NCBI GenBank assembly: GCA_002269645.1
Contig: NIVC01002854.1
Span: forward strand, 1-64,000
DNA from: Macrostomum lignano
Taxonomy: Eukaryota
DNA: 64,000 nt
Direction of reading: 5' to 3'
Position 1 is the first letter of the stretch. Each line of letters opens with the position of its first letter. A program made the translations under genes and the position numbers. The notes below the pieces were generated by a model. It did not search any database. It was not told where the DNA came from and saw only the letters and a program-made list of their open reading frames with translations. Positions 12,537-25,145 of the stretch are shown piece after piece.

Positions 12537-15500
12537 ACGGATGTACTGAATGGCGTATTCTGTTTATTATATCTATCTAATCTAGCAATGGCTTTTCTTT
12601 GCAATAAGCGGGGGTAGTGAAATGTCCATTTTGCTTTGCAGCTGGCTACAGCCTTTCTAGTCTATTAGCGTTTGCAGCGGCTTAACCAGGTGGTGGACCA
12701 CCTCCCACCTCCCCCTTCGGCGGAAATGAAAAAATTGCAAGCGAGTTTTGCCAAAATACAAGCCCGCTTCCCTCTGCCTTGGAATCCACCCCCTCCCTCA
12801 CCGAATTTCAGGTTGCTCCACTGACTGAACGTCTATCTGCTTTCTTTTGCTGATTCGAACTTCAACTTGCCCCCATTTAGAGACAATGTGAGGCAGTAAA
12901 TTTAGCCGCTTTTGGCTGCTGCACCATAGTATTCCTCACTAGTCAGTGAGACACAGCAGAGATCTATTGTCATGTATATAAATGTTAAATAGCTATCAAA
13001 AAGCACAATATCTTTGCTCTCAGTCTAACAAGTGGGTTAAAGCATTTGCTCACAAAGCTCTAATTGAGTACATTCGTGACTTGTGCACGCGGCCCATGAT
13101 TTCTACAAGGCGTGTGTAAATTGCATCTCAATAATTATTATTCACTTCTGTGACCTGCTTATGGCTCGTTATGGTTTGTAATTTATAGTCACGTCTTCTC
13201 TGTTGTCATAGTATTGAGCATTTATTCCTGTCAGTTTACATTAAATATATTTCATTTCCGATTAGTTAGCGTTCGATTCATTCGCTTCCATCTCTAAAAA
13301 GCTTCTACCAACAGTTTTACTGAGCAGTCGCTAACCTGTTTTTTATTAATTAACCAACCTAAAATTGGGTTCAGTTTACATGGCCCAGTTGCTAAGTAGT
13401 TCTATCAGCAATTCTCGTGAAAGTTTTCACGAATCAATTAATTGCTTACTAATATTTTAACTTTAGTTCTGCTTTTCCCCTGACCATCCACAGTCATTAT
13501 TGTTTTTCAATTTTTTGCGCTTTTTCTTTAAAAGTAGCATTATAGTATTATTTTTATGCTATTACTCGCACGAGCTATTATGTTATAATTTGTATTATAA
13601 CTTGCGTTTACGCTCGTACTCGCTCACTAAATTCACTATTTTCGAAAATCACAACATTCACACAGTTCCTTATGGACTTCGGTTTCAGCGCTAAGGTGGT
13701 GTACATGTAGTTTTTGCTTTATGTGCAATACAAATCTTTGTATTGTCTTGCCTCATTTCATTAATGTTGGGGCTGGCGGCGGTGAAAGGACGACATTTTG
13801 CCCCATTGCCGTCGTCCGCTGCCGCAGCTTTTTTGTTTGAATTATTGGCGTGACTCCTGAGAAATTTTCCACTAAAAGTGCTGATATTCGGATTTCGACT
13901 TTATTTCAACTTTAAGGAGCTTTGTAAAGTTTATGACTGCGTTTTCTTTTCCTCAAACAAACAAATAAAATGGTCTTGGCAATGCTATGTTCCCTGCGAA
14001 TCGCAAAATTCTCATTGCGATCGCACTAATCAGAATTGATTCAGAATAAGATTAACCCACATTTGATTTTTTACATTTCAAGTTTGTTTTGCGAAACCAG
14101 CAGGCTGTCGATTGATGCTACATGTGGATCAAAAGATCGAATTCAAACATCTTTTGTCAACTTATAAATTCAAACTAATGCTTTACCCCATCGCCTGCAA
14201 CGACTTATGGGGCTTATAAAAATCATGCTTTTTATGTGAAACCAAACAACAGCAGTGAGGCTCAGGTGTGTACCCGTTAAGTGAGAATTGAGACCTAACG
14301 GGTGATTCGCAAAGTTTCAGCTTAGTTTTTAAGTAGTGGGCTACCAGGCCGGTGCGCGTGTATAGTACTACTACCATTTTTGTTTGTCCATCGCCGGAAG
14401 CATGGGCGCCATCACCTATAGAATATGGACACTATCGCCGTTAGAGTGGGCACCATCACCAGCAGAATAGGCCATTGCCAAACAAACTGTACCCATCGAC
14501 GTTTGAAAAGTAAAAAAAATGGTCAGTCAACTAAAATCTTCGCTAACTCTCAGGATTTAAATTTATTAATATAGGATCAAACTACTTTTTTGAATAAAAT
14601 TGAAAACTAGAATCGGCTTAGGAAGAAAATGCATTGTGTTATACATCGTGTCGTGTTAAGCGTAGTTTGCAAAATCCTAACGTTTTTGCGTTGCTTCAAA
14701 ATTGTATTTTCAAAGAAAGCAAGTAACTATCACGAGTCATGAGTTTGGATAAATTTTATTGTAGATGATGTTCTATTTGTAGGCTATTGCATCAGTTTTT
14801 AAGTATTTCCCTTATTTTACCAGTTGAAATCTCATTGGAAAATTCAGATTTATTTACGGATAAATTATATTTCGAAATCATCCCCCATTGGCATTAAATT
14901 TCAGGCTTCTTGAAATTTACATGAATCAATGTGATATCATTTATATTAATTAGGCCCATCGGCATCAGTATGTGCTTTTTATGCTCTCAACAAATTAATT
15001 AATGACAATGCAATGATTGGACAAATGCAATAGTGAAACAAAATTGATATACCTACCTAACAGAATGCCAGCACTGTTAAATAGACATTTTGCTTTTTAA
15101 TGTTGTTGACAACTAGGCCTAATAAACTAATAATGACTTAAACAAACACTAAATGCTAGAAAGTTTGCTAAATGCACATTTTTATATAGTAGGCCTAGGC
15201 CTACTTTTTCTTAGAAAAGTAATCAATTTGGCAATTGTCTATGTTGTAGGCCCTATTGCAATACTATTGTATTGCATTGTATTGCAATATAAATAAAAGT
15301 GAAAAAAAATTGTTGGCCTAAAAATGAGTAACAGAAGTGAGAAAATGACTGTAGGCCTAACTTAAAATTTACCAATAATGCTAGTGCTAACATAAGCTAG
15401 GCCTAGGCCCTAATTTTAAAAAAGTGATAGGCCTTTAAATTATAAAAAGTTGAATTATAGTAATCTCATAATATAATGTGTAATGTGTGTTACTTTTTTA

Positions 15501-16308
15501 AGTGACTTGTTTAACCTATTGACTATAATGCATAATACAGGCTATTAAGACTTAACAAGGCATGAGAGGTTTTTTACTTTTACCCCTTTGTTAGTTTTAC
15601 TTTACCATTTTTTATTTTAAGATAAAAAAGCTTGCTATCTATTCATTAATTTTATATCTAGTTGTTACTTCTAATTTTTTTATTTATAAGCTTATTTCTT
15701 TATTTATTTATTTAGAAGCTTTTTTAGAAGCTTTTATTTATTAAAGCTTATTTCCTTTTTGTTATGTAAAAGGCATGAATGTTTTCGCTGTTGTGTGGTT
15801 GTTATAGGGTTAGAGGTATTCATCTGCAAATAATCACGATATACATTGATTGATGTACATTGCAAATATATAAATCGTTGCGCGTGGCTTTAGCCACTTT
15901 GTGTGTTTTTGGTCTCGCTTAACTCTCGCCTTCTCTCAGTTTACAGTTATTTTATCCTATAATTGTTACTTAGTTTTTAATTTTAATATTTTTTCAAATA
16001 TTAAGTATAATATTTCTATGCAATACGCCTATAACTTTTTTATATTCACCAGGATATTATAATACATTGCTATAAAATTGCTATAAAGACACTAAAAACA
16101 TTAATTACTTTTGTGATTGATTTGCCAAAATCTTTTCAAAAATATCATAGAGCCCTTGAAAAATATTCATAACTCGTATGCTAAATGGTCTATCAGTATC
16201 TATCTAGGTATGCGATTGATTTTAGAAAAAATGGCTAAACAAATTTTCTTTGAACTTGTACTGTTTGATCAAAAATTTTTCCATGATGGTACATGCAACA
16301 TACCTAAG

Positions 16309-19300
16309 TGTTACATCCAACTTCCGTTACCAACTCGAAGTCCAGGTGAATTATGGTTAGAAATCTCAAGCTTGGTAGCAGGTTCTTGCCATGCCAATGT
16401 TAACATTCATTTCTTTTATATTTGCTATCCTTATATTAGCTTTAGAACGCAGGGTTAACAGGGGCAGTGTCTATGGCCAATGTGTGTGAAATGAAATATA
16501 CTTTATATGCGCATATACCACATGTCTCCCCTTAGAAAAATTTGTTCATCATTGTGCAAAGAGTAAGTTTTCCGTCACATCAAGTTGCAGCTTGGGGTCT
16601 CAGTCTGGTCTGAGTTAGAGGCACATCCTCATGCTTGTAGCAATGCCTCCTGGCCTGGGCAGTCTCCGCACATCTAGTCTTGGTTGTTGCTCCTCCACCT
16701 GAGTTAACTGCCTGCGACTCGTTATTGCCTTTCCCGATTAGCTGCTCCAGTAATTCATGGGACAAAGCGGCCTTGCTCTCCATTTGAAGTCCTGTTGAAG
16801 TAATGTGGTCCACGTGCCATTTCCAGACCATGCGGCCTACTTTCACCAGATATGAGAGTTGTGCACAGCGTTTAAGAATTTCTCCAATGGCCCATTTGTC
16901 TTCTCCTTGCTTCCTGAAGTTGAGCACAAGCACAGATTCTCCAGGTTCAAACTCACAGGCTACTTTTGAAGCTCCCTTGTCGTGTTGCTGCTTCTGCTGC
17001 TCCTGCTTCTCAGCAACCCTTTGCTCAGTGTCCTGGTGAAGATGACTAAGTTTAGTTCTTGGTGTGTACTTTAGCATCATCTCGCTAGGTGTCTTGCTGG
17101 TTGTAGAGTGTGGCGTGACTTGGTAGCGTGCTAGAAAAGCATTTAGGCATCCTAGTGCATCATGAGAGTCCTTCATACCCACTCTTAACGCTCTTTTGGC
17201 GGTCTGAACCATTCGTTCGGCTAGTCTATTCGATCTTGGATGCCCCACCGACGTCAGAATTTGTGTGATGCGGCAGTTTCGAAGGTATTTTTTAAATTCC
17301 TCAGCAGTGAACTGCGACCCATTGTCAGAGAGGATTTGCCTCGGATAACCATATCTCGCAAAAGTTTCCTGCAGCTTGCTGATCATGCCATGGGCAGTTG
17401 CCGACCTCATCGGGTAAATTTCAACCCACTTGGTTGTGGTATCAACAACGACAAGCCACATGAACCCGTAGCATGGACCAAAAAAGTCCAAGTGAAGTTG
17501 AGTCCATGCCTTTTCTGGCCAGAGCAACGGCTGCAGTGGCGCCTGTGGCGGCAGGTTCCTCTGCGCTTGGCAGCCCTTGCATTTGGTTAGAGCCATCTCG
17601 ATGTCTTTATCAATCCCTGGGTACCATACATGCAGCCATGCCAGGGACTTCATGCCCACAATGCCGGGGTGCCCTTCATGTAGCAGTTGTAGTAGCTGCT
17701 GCTTCAGTGAAGCAGGGATCAACATCCTGATGCCCCAAAAGATGACTCCATCTTCAACACTCAGCTCGTTTCGCCTCGAGTGGTAGGGCTGAAGCTCTTG
17801 TTTGCTATGTTCTGGCCACCCAAAACGACAGTATCGCAGAACACAGGACAGATTTCTATCCATCACTGTTGCTCTCTTTAACTCTCCATGGTCGATTGGT
17901 TGAGCCTCTATGCGATTCTGGAACACACCATCCTCCGTGGACTTAGTATTCTCCAGCGGCAGTCTTGACAACACGTCCGCATTTCCATGTTCATCTGTCC
18001 GCCTGTATTAAATCTCGAACTGATAGGCTGACAGAATCACAGCCCAGTGCTACAACCGACTAGCAGCTATGCTTGGAATGTTGTTCTTCGGACCGAATGT
18101 CGTCACAAGCGGTTTATGGTCAGTGACCAGAATAAACCGTCTGCCGTACAAATACTGGTGGAACTTTTTCACCGCAAAGACTATTGCTAAACCTTCCTTT
18201 TCTATTTGCGAATAGTTCTTCTCAGCCTTGGACAGGCCTCTGGACGATTGGCTTCTCATCCGAATTGCTGATAATGTGTGAAAGCACCGCGCCGACACCA
18301 TAGCATGACGCGTCGGTATGAACAACCAGCGGCTTGTCCAGGTCGTAGTGGACTAGTACTTGAGTAGATGTTAGAGCTGACTTGCACACAACAAATGCTC
18401 GTTCACACTCGTTACTCCAAATAAACTCAGCGTCCTTCTGGAGCAATGCATTTAGAGGTGCTAGGATGTCGGACAGGCCTCTGATGAACTTCCTGTAGTA
18501 GTTTATTAGCCCAACTAGCGAGCGGACTTCTGGAATATTGGTTGGCCTTGGAGCCTCCGCGATGGCTTTCATAATTCTCGGTGACTGATGCACGGCGTTC
18601 TCGTTGATCACGTGACCGAGGAACTCAATCTCGCGCATCATGAATTCACATTTGCTCTTGTTCAGTTTAATTCCGTGGTTCTTCAACAGAACCAAAACGT
18701 TTCTCAGCTTCTTGTTATGCTCGCTTTGTGATGCGGCGCTAACGACGATGTCGTCAACGAAACAAATTGCATCCGCATCGCTCAGAATCTTGTCCATAGC
18801 CTCCTGAAACTGAGCTGAAGAGCTTGCCAGGCCCATAACTAATCTGTTGTATTCGTACAGGCCCATATGGGTGTTGATAGTGGTGTACTTGCGGCACTCC
18901 TCCTGTAGCTCCAGCTGAAGAAAGGCCTGAGATATGTCCAGTTTCGTAAAGAATTTGCCTCCGCTGAGTCGAGTAAACAGTTCATCCGGCTTGCCTATTG
19001 GATAAATGTCCACCTCGAGGGCGGGGTTTATGATTCGCTTATAGTCGTCTGCACAGATTCGTATCAATTTTCCATCCTTCTTCAGCACAGGGACGATTAG
19101 ACTTGCATAGTCAGACATCTTCACCTTCCGGATCATGTCCTGATTCTCTAGGCTTTAGAGTTCCTGCTCGATGGCGGGCTTAAGAGCAAATGGTACCGGT
19201 CGTGCTTTACAGAACTTTGGAGTTGTGTTCTCCTTGAGATGCAGTCTGGCTGTATAATGTTTTATCTTCCCAAGACCATCTGAGAATAATTCCGAATTTT

Positions 19301-20871
19301 CTTCTAGAATCGTCTTGAGCTCGTGATCAGCATCGAGGGAAAGAATTCCCACTGCTGACGCTTCTCCTGCGTATTTCCGGGCCAGGGGATCAAGCTGCAT
19401 TATCCAATCGCGACCTAGCAGGTTCTGCTTTGTGCCGTCAGTGACGACAACCTGCAGCTCCGTCGCAATGTCGCCAATTACAACCTGAACCACAGCCTCT
19501 CCAAGTAGGGGAATCTGTTCGTTAGAATAAGATGTGAGGACCAAGGTCGTGCCGCGCATTTTAACTCGGATTAGTTCCGCTGTCGATTTGTTTACAATTG
19601 TGCGCTCGGTGGCGGTGTCCACTTCGAATTTAATCGGAGACCCGTTGACTTGCAGTGTCTCTGTGAAAGGCTTGAACCGAGCCTTCTGTGCGCTCATTCG
19701 TTTAGCCTCGTAATTTGAATTGACAGCAATGTTCTTGACGTCAGAGAAATCGTACGACTCCTCACTACTGCTGGGGCTTCCATTTGCACTCAGATGCTTT
19801 ATTTTCCTACCTTTGTAGCTCTGCTTGGGTTCGAACTTCTTCTTGCTGTGTGGCGGTTGGTTTCCGCTGAGCTGCTTCTGCTTTGTCCTGCACGCCTTCT
19901 CAACATGACCTGGTTTATTGCATCGACTGCAGACATGCAATCTTTTGGGACAGCTTCTCGCCCAGTGCCCAGAAGAGAGGCACCTGTAGCACCGGTCGTC
20001 TGAACTGGCCAGATTCGTCAGTCCCGATCCCTTAGCAGATGATCTTCCATATACCGCATTGGCCTGAGCCAGGCCGACAATGTCTCTTCCAGTGTGGATC
20101 TGCATTGCACCCTTCTCTGCGATTTCGATTGCTGTCGAGATTTTAACTGCGTCGTCCAGTGAAACATCGTCCTCCTGCAGCAGCCTTTGCTGTGTCAGCT
20201 TGCTTCGTAGTCCACAAACCAGTCTGTCTCTGATCGCCTCCGATAAAAAGCCTCCAAACGAACAGGTCGCCGCCAACTTCTGTAGCTGCGCGACGTACTC
20301 TGCAATGGATTCGCCTTCCTGCTGGCTTCGGTGATGAAAGTTGTATCTCGACGATTCTTTTCGGCGTTGGGGTGAAATGCATTCGTAACTTTTCAACTAA
20401 ATCATCGTAGGATTTGTCCTTCGGGGAGTCTGGAGACAGTAAGTCTCTGAGCAACGTATAGCAGTCTTCACCAATTACTGTGATGAGCTTGGCTCGCTTA
20501 ATCTCCTCTTTGGTGATGGATTTAGCAATGAAGTATTGTTCCAGACGCTCCTCATATACAGTCCACCTTTCAGGTCATGCCGGATCAAATGTGCTGATTT
20601 TCGAAGCAGTATTTGGCGCGGTCATTTTGTCTTCTTCTGAAGAATCCTCGTCGCCAGTGTTACATCCAACTTCCGTTACCAACTCGAAGTCCAGGTGAAT
20701 TATGGTTAGAAATCTCAAGCTTGGTAGCGGGCTCTTGCCATGCCGATGTTAACATTCATTTCCTTTATATTTGCTCTCCTTATATTAGCTTTAGAACGCA
20801 GGGTTAACAGGGGCAGTGTCTATGGCCAATGTGTGTGAAATGAAATATACTTTATATGCGCATATACCACA
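16309..20871 (-). mobile_element. Complete but decayed Ty3/Gypsy (Mag-like) LTR retrotransposon
   Basis: 214-bp LTRs (16309-16522 and 20658-20871, TG..CA, about 5 differences). 5-bp TSD CTAAG at 16304-16308 and 20872-20876. PBS TGGCGACGAGGAT (20644-20656) is complementary to the tRNA-Ser(GCU) 3' end. PPT AAGGGGAGA lies next to 16523. Confidence 0.95.
16580..20625 (-). pseudogene. Gypsy gag-pro-pol (CCHC knuckles, protease, RT, RNase H, integrase) with stops and frameshifts
   Basis: CYRCLSSGHWARSC and CSRCNKPGHVEKAC knuckles; FEVDTAT protease; FTKLDISQAFLQ and CFVDDI RT; VHTDASCYG RNase H; HEGHPG..C..C, HLDFFGP, SDNGSQF and AERMVQT integrase. Split over ORFs 20143-20454, 19155-20396, 18222-19136, 18050-18325 and 16580-17974. 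Confidence 0.9.
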
Positions 20872-22012
20872 CTAAGAAATTGCTCAATGCTAAAGGGATT
20901 AAATATTTGAAAACATGCTTTTTTGCAAGCAGAACTTTTAACTTGAAATGCATTGTAAGAATGCTAGAGAAAAAACTGACTGATTGAATTCTGATTCTGA
21001 AATAGATTGCATCACATCTATGTACTGGCTGAATTTTGACACTGAATTGAATTGTGTCACAGCATACATGCACAACCCCCTGATTTACACTGGCCATGCG
21101 ACTTACTTTTTGACCAAAAATGTGACTTACCTGTAAAAGAAACCCTAGAGCAACATTAATGCAATTTTGGGTAAACGGCAGGAGTAACTATGAGGGCTTA
21201 CTACTGACTTATTTATCTTATAAGGGCTAAATGCCTCGTCATCTAATTAGTACTATGTCTATTCTTTGGGGTGGGAATTTTTGTGACTTACCCCTGGTCC
21301 ACCACAATTTACGGTGGCCAGGTCGGCCAGCAGTTGCGCATGCATGTGTCACAGTATTGAAAATGCAGTGTGGAAGCATAGCAGAATACTTGATTTATAT
21401 TGCGTAACCATATTATTAACTTTAATAGAGACTGGTACTGACTTGCCTAAGAAATTGGTATGAGTGTTGAATTATAAGTGCTACAAATTCATTTATAATT
21501 TCAATGAGAGCTAGCCTAGATGTGAACACACTGGACTGCTAATGCAACAACCTAGGTTTGAATCTATTTTTTATTAGAGGCAAGGGGGTTGTGTGCGCCC
21601 TGGCACAATTTAAGTGACATAGGCACACAACTGGCGAGAGGCATTACTGCCCATTCCACCGACTCCCTTGAGCTGGCATACAAGCGCTCGGATACGTATG
21701 CAAGCACACACTCACACAGGAGTGTACAGCGGCCCTAACTTTATATTATCGTTAGGCATGTACACTTCACTGCACCTTGGGGGGGTTGGCTCTCAAGGCC
21801 ATTAATTGCATAAGCAGAGCCAAGTTGAGATTCCAATTCAGCCCCAAATTAATGTGACTACACTTGGGATCAAGCCTGGGTTGCTGGCACACTAAAGCAG
21901 CTGCGCTACGGCTGGGCTACGGCCCCCCTTGGGTTCAAATCTTAGTAGTATATAAAAAAGTAGTGTAAATTTTTCATTGAAAGCTTTTATTAAGGGTCTA
22001 ATTAAAAAGACC

Positions 22013-23100
22013 TAGATTATGGCGCTAGATGATAAACCAATGATTATTGCACTTGATAAACTAAGGATTATTGCACTTGATAAACCAAGGATTACTGCAC
22101 TTGATAAACCAAAGATTACTGCACTTGATAAACCAAGGATTATTGCACTTGATAAACCAAGGATTACTGCACTTAATAAACTAAGGATTATTGCACTTGA
22201 TTAACTAAAGATTACTGCACTTGATAAAACAAGGATTACTGCGCTTGATAAACCAAGGTTTATTGCACTTGATAAACCCAGGATTATTGCTCTTGATAAA
22301 CCAAGGATTACTGCACTTGATAAACTAAAGATTACTGCAGTTGATAAACCAAGGATTATTGCACTTGATAAGCCAAGGATTACTGCACTCAATAAACTAA
22401 GGATTATTGCACTTGATAAACCAAGGAATACTGCACTTGATAAAACAAGGATTACTGCGCTTGATAAACCAAGGTTTATTGCACTTGATAAACCCAGGAT
22501 TATTGCTCTTGATAAACCAAGGATTACTGCACTTGATAAACTAAAGATTACTGCAGTTGATAAACCAAGGATTATTGCACTTGATAAGCCAAGGATTACT
22601 GCACTCAATAAACTAAGGATTATTGCACTTGATAAACCAAGGAATACTGCACTTTATAAAACAAGGATTATTGCACTTAATAAGCCAAGGATTATTGTAC
22701 TTGATAAACCAATGATTATTGCACTTGATAAGCCAAGGATTGCAGCACTTGATAAACCCAAGATTATTGCACTTGATAAGCCAAGGATTATTGCACTTGA
22801 TAGCCAAGGATTATTGCAATTGGTAAGCCAAGGATTATTGCACTTGATAGCCAAGGATTATTGCAATTGGTAAGCCAAGGATTATTGCACTTGATAGCCA
22901 AGGATTATTGCAATTGGTAAGCCAAGGATTATTGCACTTGATAGCCAAGGATTATTGCAATTGGTAAGCCACGGATTGTTGCACTAGCTGAGAAATCGAT
23001 TTTTGCACTGGATGAGTAAAGTATTATTGCACTAGATGAGAACAAGATTATTGCACTACCTGAGAAAGTGATTATTGCATTTGCAGAAGAAATATTTGCA
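22013..23100. repeat. 24-bp minisatellite (ATAAACCAAGGATTATTGCACTTG), about 40 copies with higher-order structure
   Basis: Directly visible. A 216-bp (9-unit) block is repeated at 22225 and 22441, a 47-bp dimer phase runs at about 22790-22975, and the tail to 23100 is degenerate. Confidence 0.95.
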
Positions 23101-23104
23101 CTAG

Positions 23105-23590
23105 CTACTTGCTATCTGGGGGATGCTTGCTATCTAGAGTATGCTTGCTATTGTATCTGGGGGGGTCCTTATTATTGGGGGATGCTTGCTCTCGAGGTAC
23201 TTGCTGTTTAGGAGAGAGGGTACTAGCTATGTGTATCTATATATAAAGGATTCTTTCTATCAAGGGATGCTTGCTATCTATGTAGTAGGTGCTTGCTATC
23301 TGGGGGATGCTTGCTATCTATGTGGGGGGGGGCGCTTGCTATCTAGGGGATGCTTGCTATCTTCAGGATGCTTGGTATCTTGCTATCTGGTGGATGCTTG
23401 CTATATGGGGATGCTTGCTATCTAGGTAGATGCTTGGTATTTAGGAGGATGCTTGCTATCTGGGGGATGCTAGCTATCTGGGGGATGCTTGCTATCTAGG
23501 GGATGCTTGCTATCTGGGGGATGCTTGTTATCTGGGTAGATGCTTGCTATCTGGGGGATGCTTGCTATATTGGGGATGTTTTCTATTTAG
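23105..23590. repeat. About 19-bp G-rich minisatellite (GATGCTTGCTATCTGGGGG)
   Basis: Many variable copies directly abutting the 24-bp array. Confidence 0.85.
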
Positions 23591-24774
23591 GGGGAATGTC
23601 TATTATCTTTGTGAAAGCTTTATTATTAGTCCCGAAGGGGGGCACTAGATTGCTAGTTTTATCTAATTTTCTAGGAGAGGAACAATGCAAGCAAGAAAAT
23701 AAATGAAAATTATATTTAAATAGCATTGGTTCTTAGACAATATTGATTAAACAAAAGTTCATAGAAAAAATATATAATTCTAGGGCTTAACTTGACTGTC
23801 TTTATTTGTAGCATAAAAAAGAAATTTTTTAGCTTGCTAGGGTGAAGTAAAATTCAAGGTTTTTAAAATATATAGGAAAATGTTAATTTCTACAAATTTT
23901 AAGTAAGAAAGAATGAATTTTTTATATCTGTCAAAGCAGTGTTCTTGTACGATACAAAATCCCACTGGTTAGCCACCAAGTTGTCAAAGGGCTAACCTTC
24001 TAACTTTATAAATAATTCCACAATGTCACCAAAATTGTCATAGGATCTTAGAATAAGTCTGAGAAATGTTTTTTAGAATTAGTCTGAGTATTTATTCTGA
24101 GTATAAGTCCGAGTATTATTCTTAGTATTATTCTTAGTATACAAGTTGCATTCTACTGTTATTATGGTAGTGTTCTACTATTATTCTGGCCTGAGCGGTG
24201 TATTAGCTTACTGGTAGATGTATTGCATGTACTTCCAATCCTGGGCATTACCGAGATAAGAGGGTCACAGCCTCCAGTTATTCTTTCATATATCAATTTA
24301 GGATCTACTTCATAGTCTCTTACTACTTCCACTTCTCAGTAGTATATACTGTATGTGTTCTCTCCCACTTCACTTCTCTTCTGAAAATGAATAACTCGGA
24401 AAACAATCTTCAATAATGTTTACTTGAAACTCTTACTATTTGATACTGGCTTTCTTTCTTAAGGAACCGCGATGCGCGAGGTTGGTCTCTCCTCCACCAA
24501 AAACGCTTCTATTTATACTAAAATTTACTGCTAGTTTAAACAAAAATTAGTTCGTGTAAAATATGAAAAATATGTGTATTATAACAAATGTGTTTTCCTA
24601 GATTCGGCACGCATTCAAAATGAGTTATACAATTATCAATTTTGTAAGAATCGGGAGGGGCCCTGCACATATCTCATTTGCAAAAAAATTTAATGGGTCC
24701 ACAGTGAAATATAAATGAAACTAATTAACATATTTTGATATTAAATTAAATGTAACTCTTAAGATTTATCATTG

Positions 24775-24946
24775 CATGCTTGGGTGCAACCTAGGGATTC
24801 ACCTGGCTGTTTCTATTGGCAACACACACATGTAAGTCGCTATTGGATGGAATAGTAGTCACGTGACTGCTCTCAGCCAATAGCAACTTACATGTGTGTG
24901 TTGCCAATAGAAATGGCTGGGTGAATCCCAAGGTTGCGCATGTATG
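24775..24946. mobile_element. 172-bp palindromic MITE (hAT-like), copy 2
   Basis: 8-bp TSD TATCATTG (24767-24774 and 24947-24954), CATGC..GTATG termini, same length and sequence family as 10848-11019. Confidence 0.85.
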
Positions 24947-25145
24947 TATCATTGTGAATAATAATATTATATATGAAAACCCTAAAAAAGGGTTTTCACT
25001 CTTCTAAAACAGCACCCAAAGTTGTCATAGATGTATATTTCTTAGTATAATTATTTGTTTATAATTATATTGTATTTACATTTGAATCTATATATAATAT
25101 TTTCTCATTAAATTTGAAATTTGTGATTCAATCTTCAGGCTTGCA

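Noticed and set aside
13000-16100. Short ORFs and possible DNA-transposon fragments in AT-rich sequence
   Set aside because: No recognisable motifs, TIR pairs or TSDs that I could support.
22019-22854. ALDKPRII / SSAIILGL repeat ORFs
   Set aside because: Translations of the 24-bp minisatellite, with no splice or start context.
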